This document shows positions 49,310 through 60,042 of a DNA stretch of 64,000 nucleotides, piece after piece. Source of the stretch: Deltaproteobacteria bacterium (GTDB lineage: Bacteria; Desulfobacterota; Syntrophia; Syntrophales; UBA2210); the NCBI GenBank assembly GCA_026388515.1, contig JAPLJO010000040.1, forward strand, positions 1,825 to 65,824, read 5' to 3'. Both the position numbers and the translations under genes were made by a program. Each line of letters opens with the position of its first letter. Position 1 is the stretch's first letter. Under the pieces are notes generated by a model. The model was not told the origin of the DNA and made no database searches. It worked only from the letters and a program-made list of their open reading frames with translations.

Positions 49310-49792
49310 ATGTTTAAAGTAGGAGATATGGCAGTGTATCCGTCTCACGGAGTGGGGATAATAGAAGCCATCGAGAACAGGGAAATACTGGGGTGTAAGC
49401 AGTATTTTTATGTAATGAAGATACTCGGCAATAATGCAACTATCATGATTCCCCGTGATGGTGCCGTGTCCGTAGGTTTACGTGAGATCATATCCGAAGA
49501 TGAAATACCGAGAATATACGAAATACTCCGCGAAAAAGGAGTGATAATCGACAAACAGACATGGAACAAGCGATATAAAGAATACTGGGAAAAAATTAAA
49601 ACGGGATCGGTCTATGAAATTGCGAAAGTATTGAGAGATTTATTGACTCTTAAACTCGATAAGGACCTGTCCTTCGGGGAACGAAAGATGATGGATACGG
49701 CAAAAAATCTGCTTGTGAAGGAGATATCCATCGCAACGAATTGTGAAGAAGAAGATGTTGAACGTGATTTGAACGCGATTTTCAGCAATTGA
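49310..49792 (+). CDS. carD: CarD-family transcriptional regulator
   Basis: The MFKVGDMAVYPSHGVGIIEAIE N-terminus is characteristic of CarD/CdnL. Confidence 0.85.
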   Translation: MFKVGDMAVYPSHGVGIIEAIENREILGCKQYFYVMKILGNNATIMIPRDGAVSVGLREIISEDEIPRIYEILREKGVIIDKQTWNKRYKEYWEKIKTGSVYEIAKVLRDLLTLKLDKDLSFGERKMMDTAKNLLVKEISIATNCEEEDVERDLNAIFSN

Positions 49793-49854
49793 TTGTACTG
49801 CGGAAACGTTCTTTGAAAATTTTTCATTTTATCCTACACGATGGAGGGGGCAAT

Positions 49855-50859
49855 ATGTTTCAATTTGTACTACGATTATTTCTTATTATTGTCTGTTCGC
49901 TGAGTGGATATTTTATATTTAATAGGTTGTGGAGCTTCCCAATATCATTGCTGGGTTTGATATCAGGCATCATTCTCTCATTGCTTACAATTGAACTCGA
50001 AAAATCGATACGCAAACTGTCTCTCAGAACCATAACAGGTGGAACGGTAGGATTATTGTTTGGTATTTTTATATCGTTCCTATTTGTGTATGGCCTGAGG
50101 TATATTCCGCAGTGGGACAAATCAAGCTCAATTCCGTGGGAATATGTTTATATACTCATCACCTGTGTTCTCGGGTATCTTGGTCTGCTGCTAGGTTCCA
50201 TGAAGGTCGGGGAACAGGGCTTTTCGATTGCAACGCCGGCTGAGGAAGATGAATGCATTAATGCCAGAATACTGGATACCAGCGTAATAATCGATGGGCG
50301 TTTGGCAGACATATGCGATACAGGATTCATTGATGGAACGCTCATTGTTCCACGATTCGTACTTGAGGAACTGCAGCAGATTGCAGATTCATCCGATCAC
50401 CTGAAGCGCTCCCGGGGTCGGCGTGGCCTCGAAGTACTCAATAAGATGCAGAAAAGTCCCGGGATAAAAATTGATATCGTAGATGTTGATTTTCCGAAGG
50501 TGAAAGGAGTCGATGCAAAACTCGTTCAGTTGGCAAAAGCGAAAAACGGCAGAATCGTCACAAATGACTATAACCTCAATAGAATCGCCGAATTGCAGGG
50601 GATAAAAATTCTTAATGTGAACGAACTGGCCAATGCCTTGAAGCCGGTGGTGCTGCCTGGTGAAACAATGGTGGTTAAAGTTATTAAGGAGGGAAAGGAA
50701 CAGGGTCAGGGTGTTGCGTACCTTGATGACGGGACAATGGTAGTGGTGGATAATGCCAGTAAGTATCAGGGACAGACCGTGCAGGTTGTGGTAACCAGTG
50801 TTCTTCAGACAACTGCAGGTCGAATGATTTTCTCAGACTTAAAGCATGTCGTTCCTTGA
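49855..50859 (+). CDS. Membrane-anchored PIN/TRAM-domain protein (YacL-like)
   Basis: N-terminal TM segments, PIN motif ILDTSVIIDGR and a C-terminal TRAM-like beta domain. The position between carD and ispD matches Bacillus yacL. Confidence 0.8.
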   Translation: MFQFVLRLFLIIVCSLSGYFIFNRLWSFPISLLGLISGIILSLLTIELEKSIRKLSLRTITGGTVGLLFGIFISFLFVYGLRYIPQWDKSSSIPWEYVYILITCVLGYLGLLLGSMKVGEQGFSIATPAEEDECINARILDTSVIIDGRLADICDTGFIDGTLIVPRFVLEELQQIADSSDHLKRSRGRRGLEVLNKMQKSPGIKIDIVDVDFPKVKGVDAKLVQLAKAKNGRIVTNDYNLNRIAELQGIKILNVNELANALKPVVLPGETMVVKVIKEGKEQGQGVAYLDDGTMVVVDNASKYQGQTVQVVVTSVLQTTAGRMIFSDLKHVVP

Positions 50860-50964
50860 GGAAGTATTTATCTAATGATACATAATTGGATACTACGCCT
50901 GTGTCCGAGGTTTAACGATACCTGATCCCGGACTTTTTTCCGTTTTATTACTTTTTTTGAACTT

Positions 50965-51714
50965 ATGAGTACAATTAGTGGAAATAGAACGGCCGCTATT
51001 ATAGCCGCCGCCGGCTCCGGCAGGCGGATGAATAGCGTCGTAGCGAAGCAATACCTTTGTCTTTCCGGAATTCCTGTGGTTGTCCACGCAATGAGCCCAT
51101 TTGAGAAGGCGAAATCCGTCGATGAGATAGTCCTCGTGGTTCCGGTGGCCGATATTGATTTTGTAAAACAGAATATAGTACGCGCCTACGGCTTTGAAAA
51201 AGTAACCCATGTACTGAGCGGTGGGGAAAAGCGGCAGGATTCGGTCATGGAGGCGCTCCGGAGAATCAGGGATGAGGTCGATGTCGTGGTGATACATGAT
51301 GGAGCACGCCCTTTTGTTGAGACAGGGCATATTGATATGCTTATCAGGGAAGCACGAAGCTGTGGTGCCGTGGTGACGGGTATTCCCGTCACCGATACGA
51401 TAAAAATGGTAAATAGCGAATACAGAGTGACGCGAACAATAGATCGAACTATGCTCTGGCAGGCCCAAACACCCCAGGCCTTTGATAAGAATCTAATCAT
51501 GGAAGCCTATATCAGCGCATATAAAAATGGATTTTACGGCACCGATGACGCATCACTTGTTGAGAGAATGGGGATTGAGGTAAGGATGGTCCGTGGCACG
51601 TTAAAAAACATCAAAATAACCACTGAGGATGATATTCAATTCGCACTGCAACTGATCGGTGGAAATAGAGGAAACAGAAGATTTAACGCTACAGCGGACA
51701 ACCGATCTAAGTGA
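50965..51714 (+). CDS. ispD: 2-C-methyl-D-erythritol 4-phosphate cytidylyltransferase
   Basis: AAIIAAAGSGRRM, HDGARP and VTDTIK motifs. Confidence 0.9.
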   Translation: MSTISGNRTAAIIAAAGSGRRMNSVVAKQYLCLSGIPVVVHAMSPFEKAKSVDEIVLVVPVADIDFVKQNIVRAYGFEKVTHVLSGGEKRQDSVMEALRRIRDEVDVVVIHDGARPFVETGHIDMLIREARSCGAVVTGIPVTDTIKMVNSEYRVTRTIDRTMLWQAQTPQAFDKNLIMEAYISAYKNGFYGTDDASLVERMGIEVRMVRGTLKNIKITTEDDIQFALQLIGGNRGNRRFNATADNRSK

Positions 51715-51745
51715 AGGTGCATCAGGGGAGGGATTTCGATATCGT

Positions 51746-52225
51746 ATGAAAGTCGGTTTTGGATATGACAGTCACCGTTTTGCCGGTGATAGAAAATTGC
51801 TTCTGGGGGGAGTCGAAGTACCCTACGACAGAGGTCTTGTCGGCCATTCCGATGCAGATGTTCTTATACATGCAATTGCCGATGCTCTGTTAGGTGCGGT
51901 TGGTAAAGGTGACATAGGATGTCATTTCCCGGATACTGATTCCACCTTTAAGGATATTTCAGGCATGAAGCTTCTACACACCGTCAGTAATATTGTTATT
52001 AATAGCGGATATGAAACGGTTCATATAGATGCAACGATAGTGATTGAAAAGCCGATGATCAAGGACTACGTACATCGTATGTCAGCGAATATATCAAGTG
52101 TATTGAGCATTGACATCGGTCAGGTAAATATTAAAGTAAAATCAAATGAAGGAATGGGATGGATAGGCAGTGGTGAGGGTGCCGCCTCCTGCGCTGTGGT
52201 AACGGTTAAAAAAAAGGATATATAG
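51746..52225 (+). CDS. ispF: 2-C-methyl-D-erythritol 2,4-cyclodiphosphate synthase
   Basis: The ATG at 51746 gives MKVGFGYDSHRF. GHSDADVLIHA is present. Confidence 0.9.
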   Translation: MKVGFGYDSHRFAGDRKLLLGGVEVPYDRGLVGHSDADVLIHAIADALLGAVGKGDIGCHFPDTDSTFKDISGMKLLHTVSNIVINSGYETVHIDATIVIEKPMIKDYVHRMSANISSVLSIDIGQVNIKVKSNEGMGWIGSGEGAASCAVVTVKKKDI

Positions 52226-52241
52226 TTGCGCCACAATACTG

Positions 52242-53795
52242 TTAAAGAGGAATGTTGCTGTGTTTTTTCTGAAGTCGTTTTTCCGTTTTATCTTTATACG
52301 TTTCAAGAAGAGTGACTATCTTTTTACGGGTATCCGAGGGTGTGATAATCTCATCAACCGATCCCATGGAGGCGGCGAAATAGGGATTACTGAATTGCGC
52401 TTCGTAACGTGCGATCAGTTCACTGCGTTGTGCCGCTTGATCTTCCGCCTGAGCAATTTCCCTTCGGTAAATAATGTTACATGCTCCCTCGGCGCCCATA
52501 ACCGCCATCTCGGCAGTCGGCCATGCCATTACATAATCTGCACCAAGATTTTTGCTGCACATTCCGATATACGCACCGCCGTAATCCTTGCGCACCACAA
52601 TCGTAAGCTTTGGAACCGTGGCCTCTGAATAAGAATAAAGAAGTTTTGCGCCGTGACTGATAATGCCGGACCACTCCTGTTCAGTGCCGGGCATATATCC
52701 GGGGACATCAGCAAGGGTGACAAGAGGGATGTTGAACGAGTCACAGAATCGAATGAACCGTGATGCCTTGTCCGATGCATTAATATCAATAACACCTGCG
52801 TTGAAACGCGGGTTGTTGGCAACAACGCCTACGGGACTCCCCATGATTCTGATGAAGGCCACAATCATATTCTTTGCCCATTGCTCATGAGGCTCAAACA
52901 ATTCGCCGTCATCGGCGATGGCTCTGATTACTTTTTTCATGTCATAAGTTCTTGTCGGCTTATCGGGGATTATCGTGTCGAGTTCGGGGCAAACTCTGTC
53001 ACTGGTATCACCGGTTTCGCAAATTGGTAGAGGACTGTGACAACTGTCGGGGAGGTATGAAAGCATCTTCTTCATGGTGGCAATGCAGTGGTCGTCGTTG
53101 TCTGCAGCGAAATGGCACACGCCGCTTTTTGTGGCGTGCGCCATGGCTCCTCCGAGCTCTTCATGGGTGACCTTCTCCCCAATGACGGTTTCCACCACCT
53201 CGGGTCCGGTTATGTACATATAACTGCTTCCCTTCACCATGAATACCCAATCGGTGAGCGCGGGAGAATATACCGCCACACCGGCGGTAGGTCCCATGAT
53301 GGCCGCAAGCTGGGGAACGTAGCCAGAGGCAATTACTTTCCGGAAGAATATGCCGCCCCCCCCGTCAAGCGCAGGCACGCCTTCCTGAATTCGTACACCG
53401 CCGGAATCATTCATGTAGACAATGGGTTTCTTTGCATCAATTGCCATGTCCATTATTTTCCATATTTTCTTTGCCTGCATTTCACCGAGGCTTCCACCGG
53501 CACTTGTAAAATCCTGTGAGGCGACAAACACAATACGTCCGTTCACTTTACCGAATCCAGTGACGATACCGTCACCTTTGATTTCCTTGTCTCCAAGACC
53601 GAAGAGAGTCGAACGGTGCTTGACGAAAATACGGACTTCCTGGAAGGAATCTTTATCAAAGAGCAGATCGATTCTTTCCCTCGCGGTAAGTTTGCCGAGG
53701 GAATGCTGCTTTTTAATCATTTCATCACCGCCCATCGTCATAAGGCGGTTTTTCTCCATTTGAAAATTCCTGATTTTATCGGCCGTGGAACTCAT
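52242..53795 (-). CDS. Acyl-CoA carboxylase carboxyltransferase subunit (methylmalonyl-CoA decarboxylase alpha / propionyl-CoA carboxylase beta family)
   Basis: The length (517 aa) and motifs GKLTARERIDLL, QDFTSAGGSLGE and AWPTAEMAVMG fit the family. Confidence 0.9.
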   Translation of the reverse strand: MSSTADKIRNFQMEKNRLMTMGGDEMIKKQHSLGKLTARERIDLLFDKDSFQEVRIFVKHRSTLFGLGDKEIKGDGIVTGFGKVNGRIVFVASQDFTSAGGSLGEMQAKKIWKIMDMAIDAKKPIVYMNDSGGVRIQEGVPALDGGGGIFFRKVIASGYVPQLAAIMGPTAGVAVYSPALTDWVFMVKGSSYMYITGPEVVETVIGEKVTHEELGGAMAHATKSGVCHFAADNDDHCIATMKKMLSYLPDSCHSPLPICETGDTSDRVCPELDTIIPDKPTRTYDMKKVIRAIADDGELFEPHEQWAKNMIVAFIRIMGSPVGVVANNPRFNAGVIDINASDKASRFIRFCDSFNIPLVTLADVPGYMPGTEQEWSGIISHGAKLLYSYSEATVPKLTIVVRKDYGGAYIGMCSKNLGADYVMAWPTAEMAVMGAEGACNIIYRREIAQAEDQAAQRSELIARYEAQFSNPYFAASMGSVDEIITPSDTRKKIVTLLETYKDKTEKRLQKKHSNIPL

Positions 53796-53965
53796 ATCAA
53801 CCGTTATCCTTTCAGACGGAAATTCTATTTTTTCGTTTAAATATCATGGATTTTGGTGTGATTGCAATAAGGTAATTCCGCCTTGACCTCACGGTTTCAG
53901 TAATATATATGAACCCTGAATTTTGCGTTTCCGAAATGCCGGAAATGAAGAAAGAGGTATGCGGA

Positions 53966-55162
53966 ATGAAGTTTATCAATGAAGTCGATATAAAAGGTAA
54001 AAGGGTGCTGTGCAGATTCGATTTTAATATACCGCTTGATGATAACTTAAATATTGCCGATGACCGGAGAATCAGAGCGGCAGTGCCGACGATCAATTAT
54101 GCGCTGGATGAAGGAGCGAAGGTCATCATTGTTTCTCATCTCGGGAGACCTAAAGGCAAAGTCGTGGAGAATTTAAGGCTCACCCCTGCAGCACGGAGGC
54201 TGTCCCGGCTTATCGACAAAGAAGTGATAGTGGAAAGGGATTGCATTGGCGAAGATATTACCTATCTCATCAATACAATGAAACCGAAAGATATTGTATT
54301 TCTCGAAAACCTGAGGTTTCACAAGGAAGAAACGGCGAATGATGATGAGTTTGCCAGAAAGCTTGCGGCATACGCCGATGTGTATGTGGATGATGCCTTT
54401 GGAAACGCCCACAGAAGCCATGCGTCCAATGTGGGAATAACGAAGTACGTCAGGGAATGCTGCGCGGGGTTTCTCGTAAAAAGGGAATTGAATTTTTTTA
54501 CCAACGCATTGGAGAATCCGCGACGGCCGCTCGTGGCGATAATAGGCGGGTCCAAGGTGTCTGATAAGCTGGAAGCTATTGCAAACCTGGTCAAGATCGC
54601 CGACAAGATAATTGTCGGCGGAGGAATGGCGTTTACATTTCTAAAGTCGCTTGGACTCGAGGTGGGAAGTTCGCTTGTCGAGGATGATCTTATCAGAAAG
54701 GCCCAGGATGTTATTAAGACGGTAAGCCAGTCAGGAGTGCGATTTTATCTTCCCGTGGACTGTGTCATCGCGCAGAAGAGAGAAAAATCGGCGGTTACAA
54801 AGAATGTTCCTGTTCAGGAAATGATTCCAAACTGGATGGGACTTGATATCGGCCCGGCATCTATACGTCTTTTTTCAGAGGTGCTCAATGATGCCCGTAC
54901 GGTGGTATGGAATGGTCCCATGGGTGTCTTTGAGATAGACGCCTTCAGCAGGGGAACCTATGCGGTGGCGCGGATGCTCGCAGATTCTCATGCAATGACC
55001 ATTGTGGGGGGAGGGGATACGGATGTGGCAATTCAGAGAACCGGGGAGAATGATAATATATCATACATATCAACAGGTGGCGGCGCATTCCTCGAGCTTG
55101 TAGAAGGTAAAAAACTGCCTGCAATTGAAGCACTAAATGAATCTGAGAGAAATCAGAAATGA
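53966..55162 (+). CDS. pgk: Phosphoglycerate kinase
   Basis: KRVLCRFDFNIPL, SHLGRPKG and GGGDT motifs. Confidence 0.95.
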   Translation: MKFINEVDIKGKRVLCRFDFNIPLDDNLNIADDRRIRAAVPTINYALDEGAKVIIVSHLGRPKGKVVENLRLTPAARRLSRLIDKEVIVERDCIGEDITYLINTMKPKDIVFLENLRFHKEETANDDEFARKLAAYADVYVDDAFGNAHRSHASNVGITKYVRECCAGFLVKRELNFFTNALENPRRPLVAIIGGSKVSDKLEAIANLVKIADKIIVGGGMAFTFLKSLGLEVGSSLVEDDLIRKAQDVIKTVSQSGVRFYLPVDCVIAQKREKSAVTKNVPVQEMIPNWMGLDIGPASIRLFSEVLNDARTVVWNGPMGVFEIDAFSRGTYAVARMLADSHAMTIVGGGDTDVAIQRTGENDNISYISTGGGAFLELVEGKKLPAIEALNESERNQK

Positions 55163-55232
55163 ATAACGGAACAACAATGAATGGCGCGAGTGTGATAGTG
55201 CGAAGGGAACAGGCCGCGCAGTTTGATGGATA

Positions 55233-55973
55233 ATGCGAAATATCAGGATAGTAATAGAATATGATGGAACAGACTATTGCGGCTGGCAGATTCAGCCCAA
55301 CGGGATAAGCATTCAGGAGGTGCTCGAAAACACAATTGCTGGTATCACCCAGGAACCTGTTCGATTAACCGGATCGGGTCGCACTGATGCCGGCGTTCAT
55401 GCATTGAATCAGGTGGCGAATTTTATGACGCACTCGTCTATTCCGTGTTCAAACCTCTTAAAGGGCATTAACAGTCTCCTTCCCTGCGACATATCGGTAA
55501 AAGAAGTGCGGGATGTTGATGAAAACTTCCATGCACGCTACTCGGCGAAAAGCAAGGCATATCTGTACAGGATTAATAATTGCTCCGTGCGATCGGCACT
55601 CGGTTACAGGTATGCCTGGCATATCAGTGAATCAATCAACATCGAAACAATGGATGAATCTTCACGTGTGCTTGTGGGAACCCACGATTTTTCGTCATTT
55701 TGCGCGTCCGACGGTGATTCGGAAAATCATATACGGACTGTGACATCGATCGGTATAAGTGGTGTCGCAGGCGGCAGCATTGAAGTGCACGTCGAGGCGA
55801 ACGGTTTTTTACGCTACATGGTAAGAAACATTGTGGGTACGCTTGTCGATATAGGAAAACGAAAAATAACCGCTGATGAGTTCCGGCAGATATTTGAAGC
55901 AAGAGACAGGACAAAAGCAGGCATTACCGCACCGCCGCAGGGTTTGTATCTGAAGGAAGTAAAATACATTTGA
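55233..55973 (+). CDS. truA: tRNA pseudouridine(38-40) synthase
   Basis: YDGTDYCGWQIQP and GSGRTDAGVHA (catalytic Asp). Confidence 0.9.
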   Translation: MRNIRIVIEYDGTDYCGWQIQPNGISIQEVLENTIAGITQEPVRLTGSGRTDAGVHALNQVANFMTHSSIPCSNLLKGINSLLPCDISVKEVRDVDENFHARYSAKSKAYLYRINNCSVRSALGYRYAWHISESINIETMDESSRVLVGTHDFSSFCASDGDSENHIRTVTSIGISGVAGGSIEVHVEANGFLRYMVRNIVGTLVDIGKRKITADEFRQIFEARDRTKAGITAPPQGLYLKEVKYI

Positions 55974-56063
55974 GCGGGATATGCATATAAGAACTATCAG
56001 GCATATATGCCCTCATCAAATAACAATGAACGGACCCGCGGTGTGAGGAAAGGCGAAACGTTC

Positions 56064-58865
56064 ATGCCCACACATGACATTCATAAAAAAAGAAGAACCC
56101 CGGCGAGCGTAAAACGATGGTCGGCACTACTGATTATCGCTTTTTTGATTGCCGCTGCCAGCCTTCAATCCTGTCTGGTCGCTACCGAGCGCATGGTTAT
56201 TATTCCCCCCATCGGAACATTATTCGAAGGAGACTATACCGTAGATCCTTACATTGAATCGCATATACCTCGAGTGGTGGCAGTAATTCCATTCGTCGAC
56301 TTGTCACGAAGTAAGGAAGGTTTTGAAAAGGTACGCAGGGGATTTTATAACCACTTCAGCTCTCTCCCCTACACCGACATTGAAATTTACCGGGTTGATG
56401 AACTATTGAGGAAGGCAGGACTCACTGACCCCGCGGTGATACGTGATACCCCGCCGCAGGAACTTGGAAAAATTCTCAAAGCGGATGCCGTGGTATTCGG
56501 CACGATATCGAATTTCGACAAGCTGTTTGCGGTGTTATATTCTCAGGTGGCGGTCGGTGCAAAAATAGAAATGTATGACACCAGAGAGGGACATTTTCTC
56601 TGGAGCGGAGAGCACGTATCCCGCATACATGAAGGCGGCATCGCCACGACACCCGTGGGGCTGATCGCCACCATTATTGCCACTTCTTTGAACGTGAGGG
56701 ATATTCAATTATTAAGAGCCTGTGATGATCTTTTCAGGGATATGGTGAAGACCATTCCCGTTCCTGATATCCGTGACATGAGCCATCCACCAGCCATCGC
56801 CCTTCTTACGCAGGATACGAAAAATGCACCAAAGAGGGGCGGGGATATAATACAGGTAGTGCTTCAGGGTGCACCTGGAATGAATGCCTACTTTGATATT
56901 GGTGATTTCAGGAAGGGCGTGGAAATGAAAGAAGTCGAACCCGGCGGATATCTGGGCAGTTACCGTGTGGAACCGGGTGACAATGTAAAGGGTGCGATTG
57001 TGACGGGATATCTGAGCGACAGCGCGGGAAACACCTCACTCTGGATTGATGCCATCGGATCGGTGACCATCGATACCACGCCGCCGACGGTACCGGAACG
57101 AATGAAGAGCGCGGGCAGGAACGGGATCGTGACACTCTCATGGAACGGCAACAAGGAAGATGATCTCGCAGGCTATACTATCTATCGCAGTACGACACCT
57201 CTCAGTGGTTTTGTAAAAATAACCGGTACGGAGTTCACCACATTCGGCGATGAAGGCCTCCTCAATAACCAGCGTTATTTTTACAGGGTGACGGCATACG
57301 ATTTTGCAGGCAACGAAAGTGATATGAGCGCCACGTGCGAGGGCATACCGGTGGCACCGGGACCGACGCCGGTGACCGGCACGGTGGAGAATGACACGAC
57401 GTGGTATGCAGGGTCGAGTCCCTATGTCATCGAAGGGGCGGTCATTGTTCGGGACAAGGCGTTGCTTTCAATAGAACCGGGCACGGTTATCATTTCACGG
57501 GGGGAGCCCATTATCGTTGAGGGTCGTATCAATGCCGCAGGCGACGAAGCACACATGATTCGATTCGAGGCTGAAAAAGGCATGCAGTGGGCGGGTATTA
57601 TATTTCAAAACGTAAAAGAAAAGGAGAATTTCCTTGCACAGTGCCGCATATCAGATGCACAGACAGGCATTATATGCCGGTCGTCATCGCCGGTCATCGA
57701 CAATTGCGAACTGACGGATAACGGTGTCGGCATTATAATAAGCGACTCATTCTCAAGACCGGTCATTCGAAACTGTGTGATTCGAAAAAACGGCGATGCC
57801 GGGATGGTCATCGAAAACAGCGCACGTCCTCTTGTCAGCGCCAATATAGTGCGGGACAACGGGAAAGGCGGTGTCATCATCCGTAATGCCGAACCTCTTT
57901 TACAGGCAAACTCGATACTACAGAACAGAGGCCCCGGTATCGATGTTGAAAATAGCATCGCCACGATAACCAATAACAACATATATGATAATCTCCCGGT
58001 GAACATGAAAGCGGATTATGAAGGACAGACGGTGAATGCCCGTGATAACTGGTGGGGAACCGCTGAGGGGAGAGAGATACTTTTATGTATAGCGGGAAGA
58101 ATCGACATAACCTCCGTACTTGACGGACCGTATCCTGAGGGAAATACGAAGAAACTTTCCATCATTCGGCGTGAGATGCCGGCTGCGATAAATGCCGATT
58201 CATATTGCATTGTGTCGGAAAGTCCCTATACGATCGCAAAGGAAGTAGTGATAGATGGAGGAGCAACACTGTATATAGAACCGGGAGTCACCCTGCTTTT
58301 TGATCAGAATACATCGATAGAATTGAAAAACGGCGGGATCATCGCAAAGGGAACGCGTGAACGTCCAATAGTGTTTTCAGCATCAGCAGCGTCACCGACG
58401 CCTGGTTTTTACATGAATGCCGTCAGATTTACGGGGTCAGGACAGACGACGAACAGTTTTTTTGAATACTGCAGCGTGAGATATGCAGTAACCGCCTTCG
58501 ACATATTTCATGGAACGCCGGATATATCCTACTGTTACGTCGCGGATACTGCACAGGGGGGAATTTATTGCAGAAATGATGCGGCGCCAACAATATCCTT
58601 CACGACATTCAGAAATAATCGAGGAATGGGCGCGATTCAATGTGTGGGAATGTCAAAGCCGTTCATCGCGCATAATAATTTTGAAGGTAACACGCTTGCG
58701 ATTCAGGCATTTTCAACAATATGCATCGATGCCCGAAACAACTGGTGGGGCGAAGCACCTCCGGATCGGTCACTTATTCTTGAGGGCGGTGAGGAAAGCA
58801 TCACAATCACTCCCTGGCTCGTTGAGCGTGCCCACAATGCCTTTGATATGAATCTAACGGAATAA
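56064..58865 (+). CDS. Large lipoprotein: DUF799-like N-domain + Ig/FN3-like domains + two right-handed parallel beta-helix modules
   Basis: Lipobox AAASLQSC. VVAVIPFVDLS...ADAVVFGTISNF...MYDTREGHFLWSGEH fits the DUF799/GNA1162-type pattern. DLAGYTIYRS...YFYRVTAYDFAGNES is FN3-like. Repeated I/V-x-N/D-N/C-x-I turns resemble PbH1 beta-helix repeats. Confidence 0.7.
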   Translation: MPTHDIHKKRRTPASVKRWSALLIIAFLIAAASLQSCLVATERMVIIPPIGTLFEGDYTVDPYIESHIPRVVAVIPFVDLSRSKEGFEKVRRGFYNHFSSLPYTDIEIYRVDELLRKAGLTDPAVIRDTPPQELGKILKADAVVFGTISNFDKLFAVLYSQVAVGAKIEMYDTREGHFLWSGEHVSRIHEGGIATTPVGLIATIIATSLNVRDIQLLRACDDLFRDMVKTIPVPDIRDMSHPPAIALLTQDTKNAPKRGGDIIQVVLQGAPGMNAYFDIGDFRKGVEMKEVEPGGYLGSYRVEPGDNVKGAIVTGYLSDSAGNTSLWIDAIGSVTIDTTPPTVPERMKSAGRNGIVTLSWNGNKEDDLAGYTIYRSTTPLSGFVKITGTEFTTFGDEGLLNNQRYFYRVTAYDFAGNESDMSATCEGIPVAPGPTPVTGTVENDTTWYAGSSPYVIEGAVIVRDKALLSIEPGTVIISRGEPIIVEGRINAAGDEAHMIRFEAEKGMQWAGIIFQNVKEKENFLAQCRISDAQTGIICRSSSPVIDNCELTDNGVGIIISDSFSRPVIRNCVIRKNGDAGMVIENSARPLVSANIVRDNGKGGVIIRNAEPLLQANSILQNRGPGIDVENSIATITNNNIYDNLPVNMKADYEGQTVNARDNWWGTAEGREILLCIAGRIDITSVLDGPYPEGNTKKLSIIRREMPAAINADSYCIVSESPYTIAKEVVIDGGATLYIEPGVTLLFDQNTSIELKNGGIIAKGTRERPIVFSASAASPTPGFYMNAVRFTGSGQTTNSFFEYCSVRYAVTAFDIFHGTPDISYCYVADTAQGGIYCRNDAAPTISFTTFRNNRGMGAIQCVGMSKPFIAHNNFEGNTLAIQAFSTICIDARNNWWGEAPPDRSLILEGGEESITITPWLVERAHNAFDMNLTE

Positions 58866-59013
58866 CCACACACACCAACGGCAGAAGGGTTCATTCGACG
58901 CGGCGGCATATAGCGATGCAGCCGGGAAAAGGAATCTCAAAGCGCATTTTTTGATTGATACACGGCTCAAGAAACGTTATCGTGCATCCGCTTTACATCA
59001 TAAGGAGGACATT

Positions 59014-59934
59014 ATGAAACGGAATGGTTTGCTTCTTCTTGCGATTGGCACTCTGATGTGCGCAATGGGTGTTGCAGCATATGACACCTGCGGCCAGTCT
59101 GAGGGTGAGCAAAAGGGATACATCGAGCAGGTTGGAGCCGATGGATATATTAACTGGTCCACAGGCGAAATCGAAGCGGTAGGGATAGGCGGTCCGCCGG
59201 AGAAGTTTACTGGTAAACCACAGGCGCGACCAATGGCGATAAGGGCCGCACAGCTCGATGCGTACAGAAATCTTCTGGAAATTACGAAAGGTGTTCGCGT
59301 CGACTCGGCAACGATTGTGAAGGATTACACCGTTGAAAGCGATACTATCCGTACTCAGGTGGAGGGAATCGTCAGGGGCGCCCGGATTGTAAAGACGGAA
59401 TATCTGTCGGACGGCACCGTTGAAGTGACACTGAAGATGGCCTTTCGAGACGGACTCTCACAGGTGGTTATGAATAATATGGCGGACAAGAAAGAGAAAG
59501 CGGAGCCTTCACCGGTATCCCAGACGGCCCCGCAGGCACGGGCGGCGACATCGGAACCATCAACGGCGAAACAGGCATCACCGCCGCCACCGGTGGCATA
59601 CACGGGACTCGTCGTCGATGCTCGCGGTCTTGGTGCACGGCCCGCCATGTCACCGAAACTGATAAATGAAGACGGGAAGGAGATGTACGGCACACAGAAT
59701 GTGGACAGGGAGTATGCGGTGCAGCAGGGAATAAGCGGATATGCGAAAGAGCTCAGCGCCGCACAGACAAATCCGAGGGTTACCAACGATCCTGTCACGG
59801 TAAAGGCAATCAAAACTGACGGGCCCGGCAAATCGAATATCGTCATCAGCAACAAGGATATCGCTCGAATCTTCGCAGTGTCTGATACTCCTGATTTTAT
59901 AAAAAAGTGCAGGGTAATGATCGTTCTCGACTGA
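59014..59934 (+). CDS. LPP20-family lipoprotein-like secreted protein
   Basis: Signal peptide MKRNGLLLLAIGTLMCAMGVAA. RPMAIRAAQLDAYRNLLEITKGVRVDS...VEGIVRGARIV matches the LPP20 domain pattern. A Pro/Ala-rich linker and a C-terminal domain follow. Confidence 0.65.
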   Translation: MKRNGLLLLAIGTLMCAMGVAAYDTCGQSEGEQKGYIEQVGADGYINWSTGEIEAVGIGGPPEKFTGKPQARPMAIRAAQLDAYRNLLEITKGVRVDSATIVKDYTVESDTIRTQVEGIVRGARIVKTEYLSDGTVEVTLKMAFRDGLSQVVMNNMADKKEKAEPSPVSQTAPQARAATSEPSTAKQASPPPPVAYTGLVVDARGLGARPAMSPKLINEDGKEMYGTQNVDREYAVQQGISGYAKELSAAQTNPRVTNDPVTVKAIKTDGPGKSNIVISNKDIARIFAVSDTPDFIKKCRVMIVLD

Positions 59935-59982
59935 AGGGCACCGGCTCCTCATAGCGTTGAATGTACGTCATAATGAACATTG

Positions 59983-60018
59983 ACCGCGGCTGTCCCTTTG
60001 TGGTGGCCGCGGTTTTTT
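59983..60018 (+). terminator. Rho-independent terminator after the LPP20-like gene
   Basis: Stem ACCGCGGC/GCCGCGGT (8 bp) followed by T6. It lies inside the track's extended mutL ORF, which supports the downstream GTG start. Confidence 0.65.
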
Positions 60019-60042
60019 AACATCTGCGAAGGAGTTGTATCG

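Noticed and set aside
52242-53795. Stand-alone carboxyltransferase subunit as part of a novel system
   Set aside because: It is a well-known family. Partner subunits (biotin carrier or decarboxylase beta/gamma) are often encoded elsewhere, and nothing in the local sequence is unusual.
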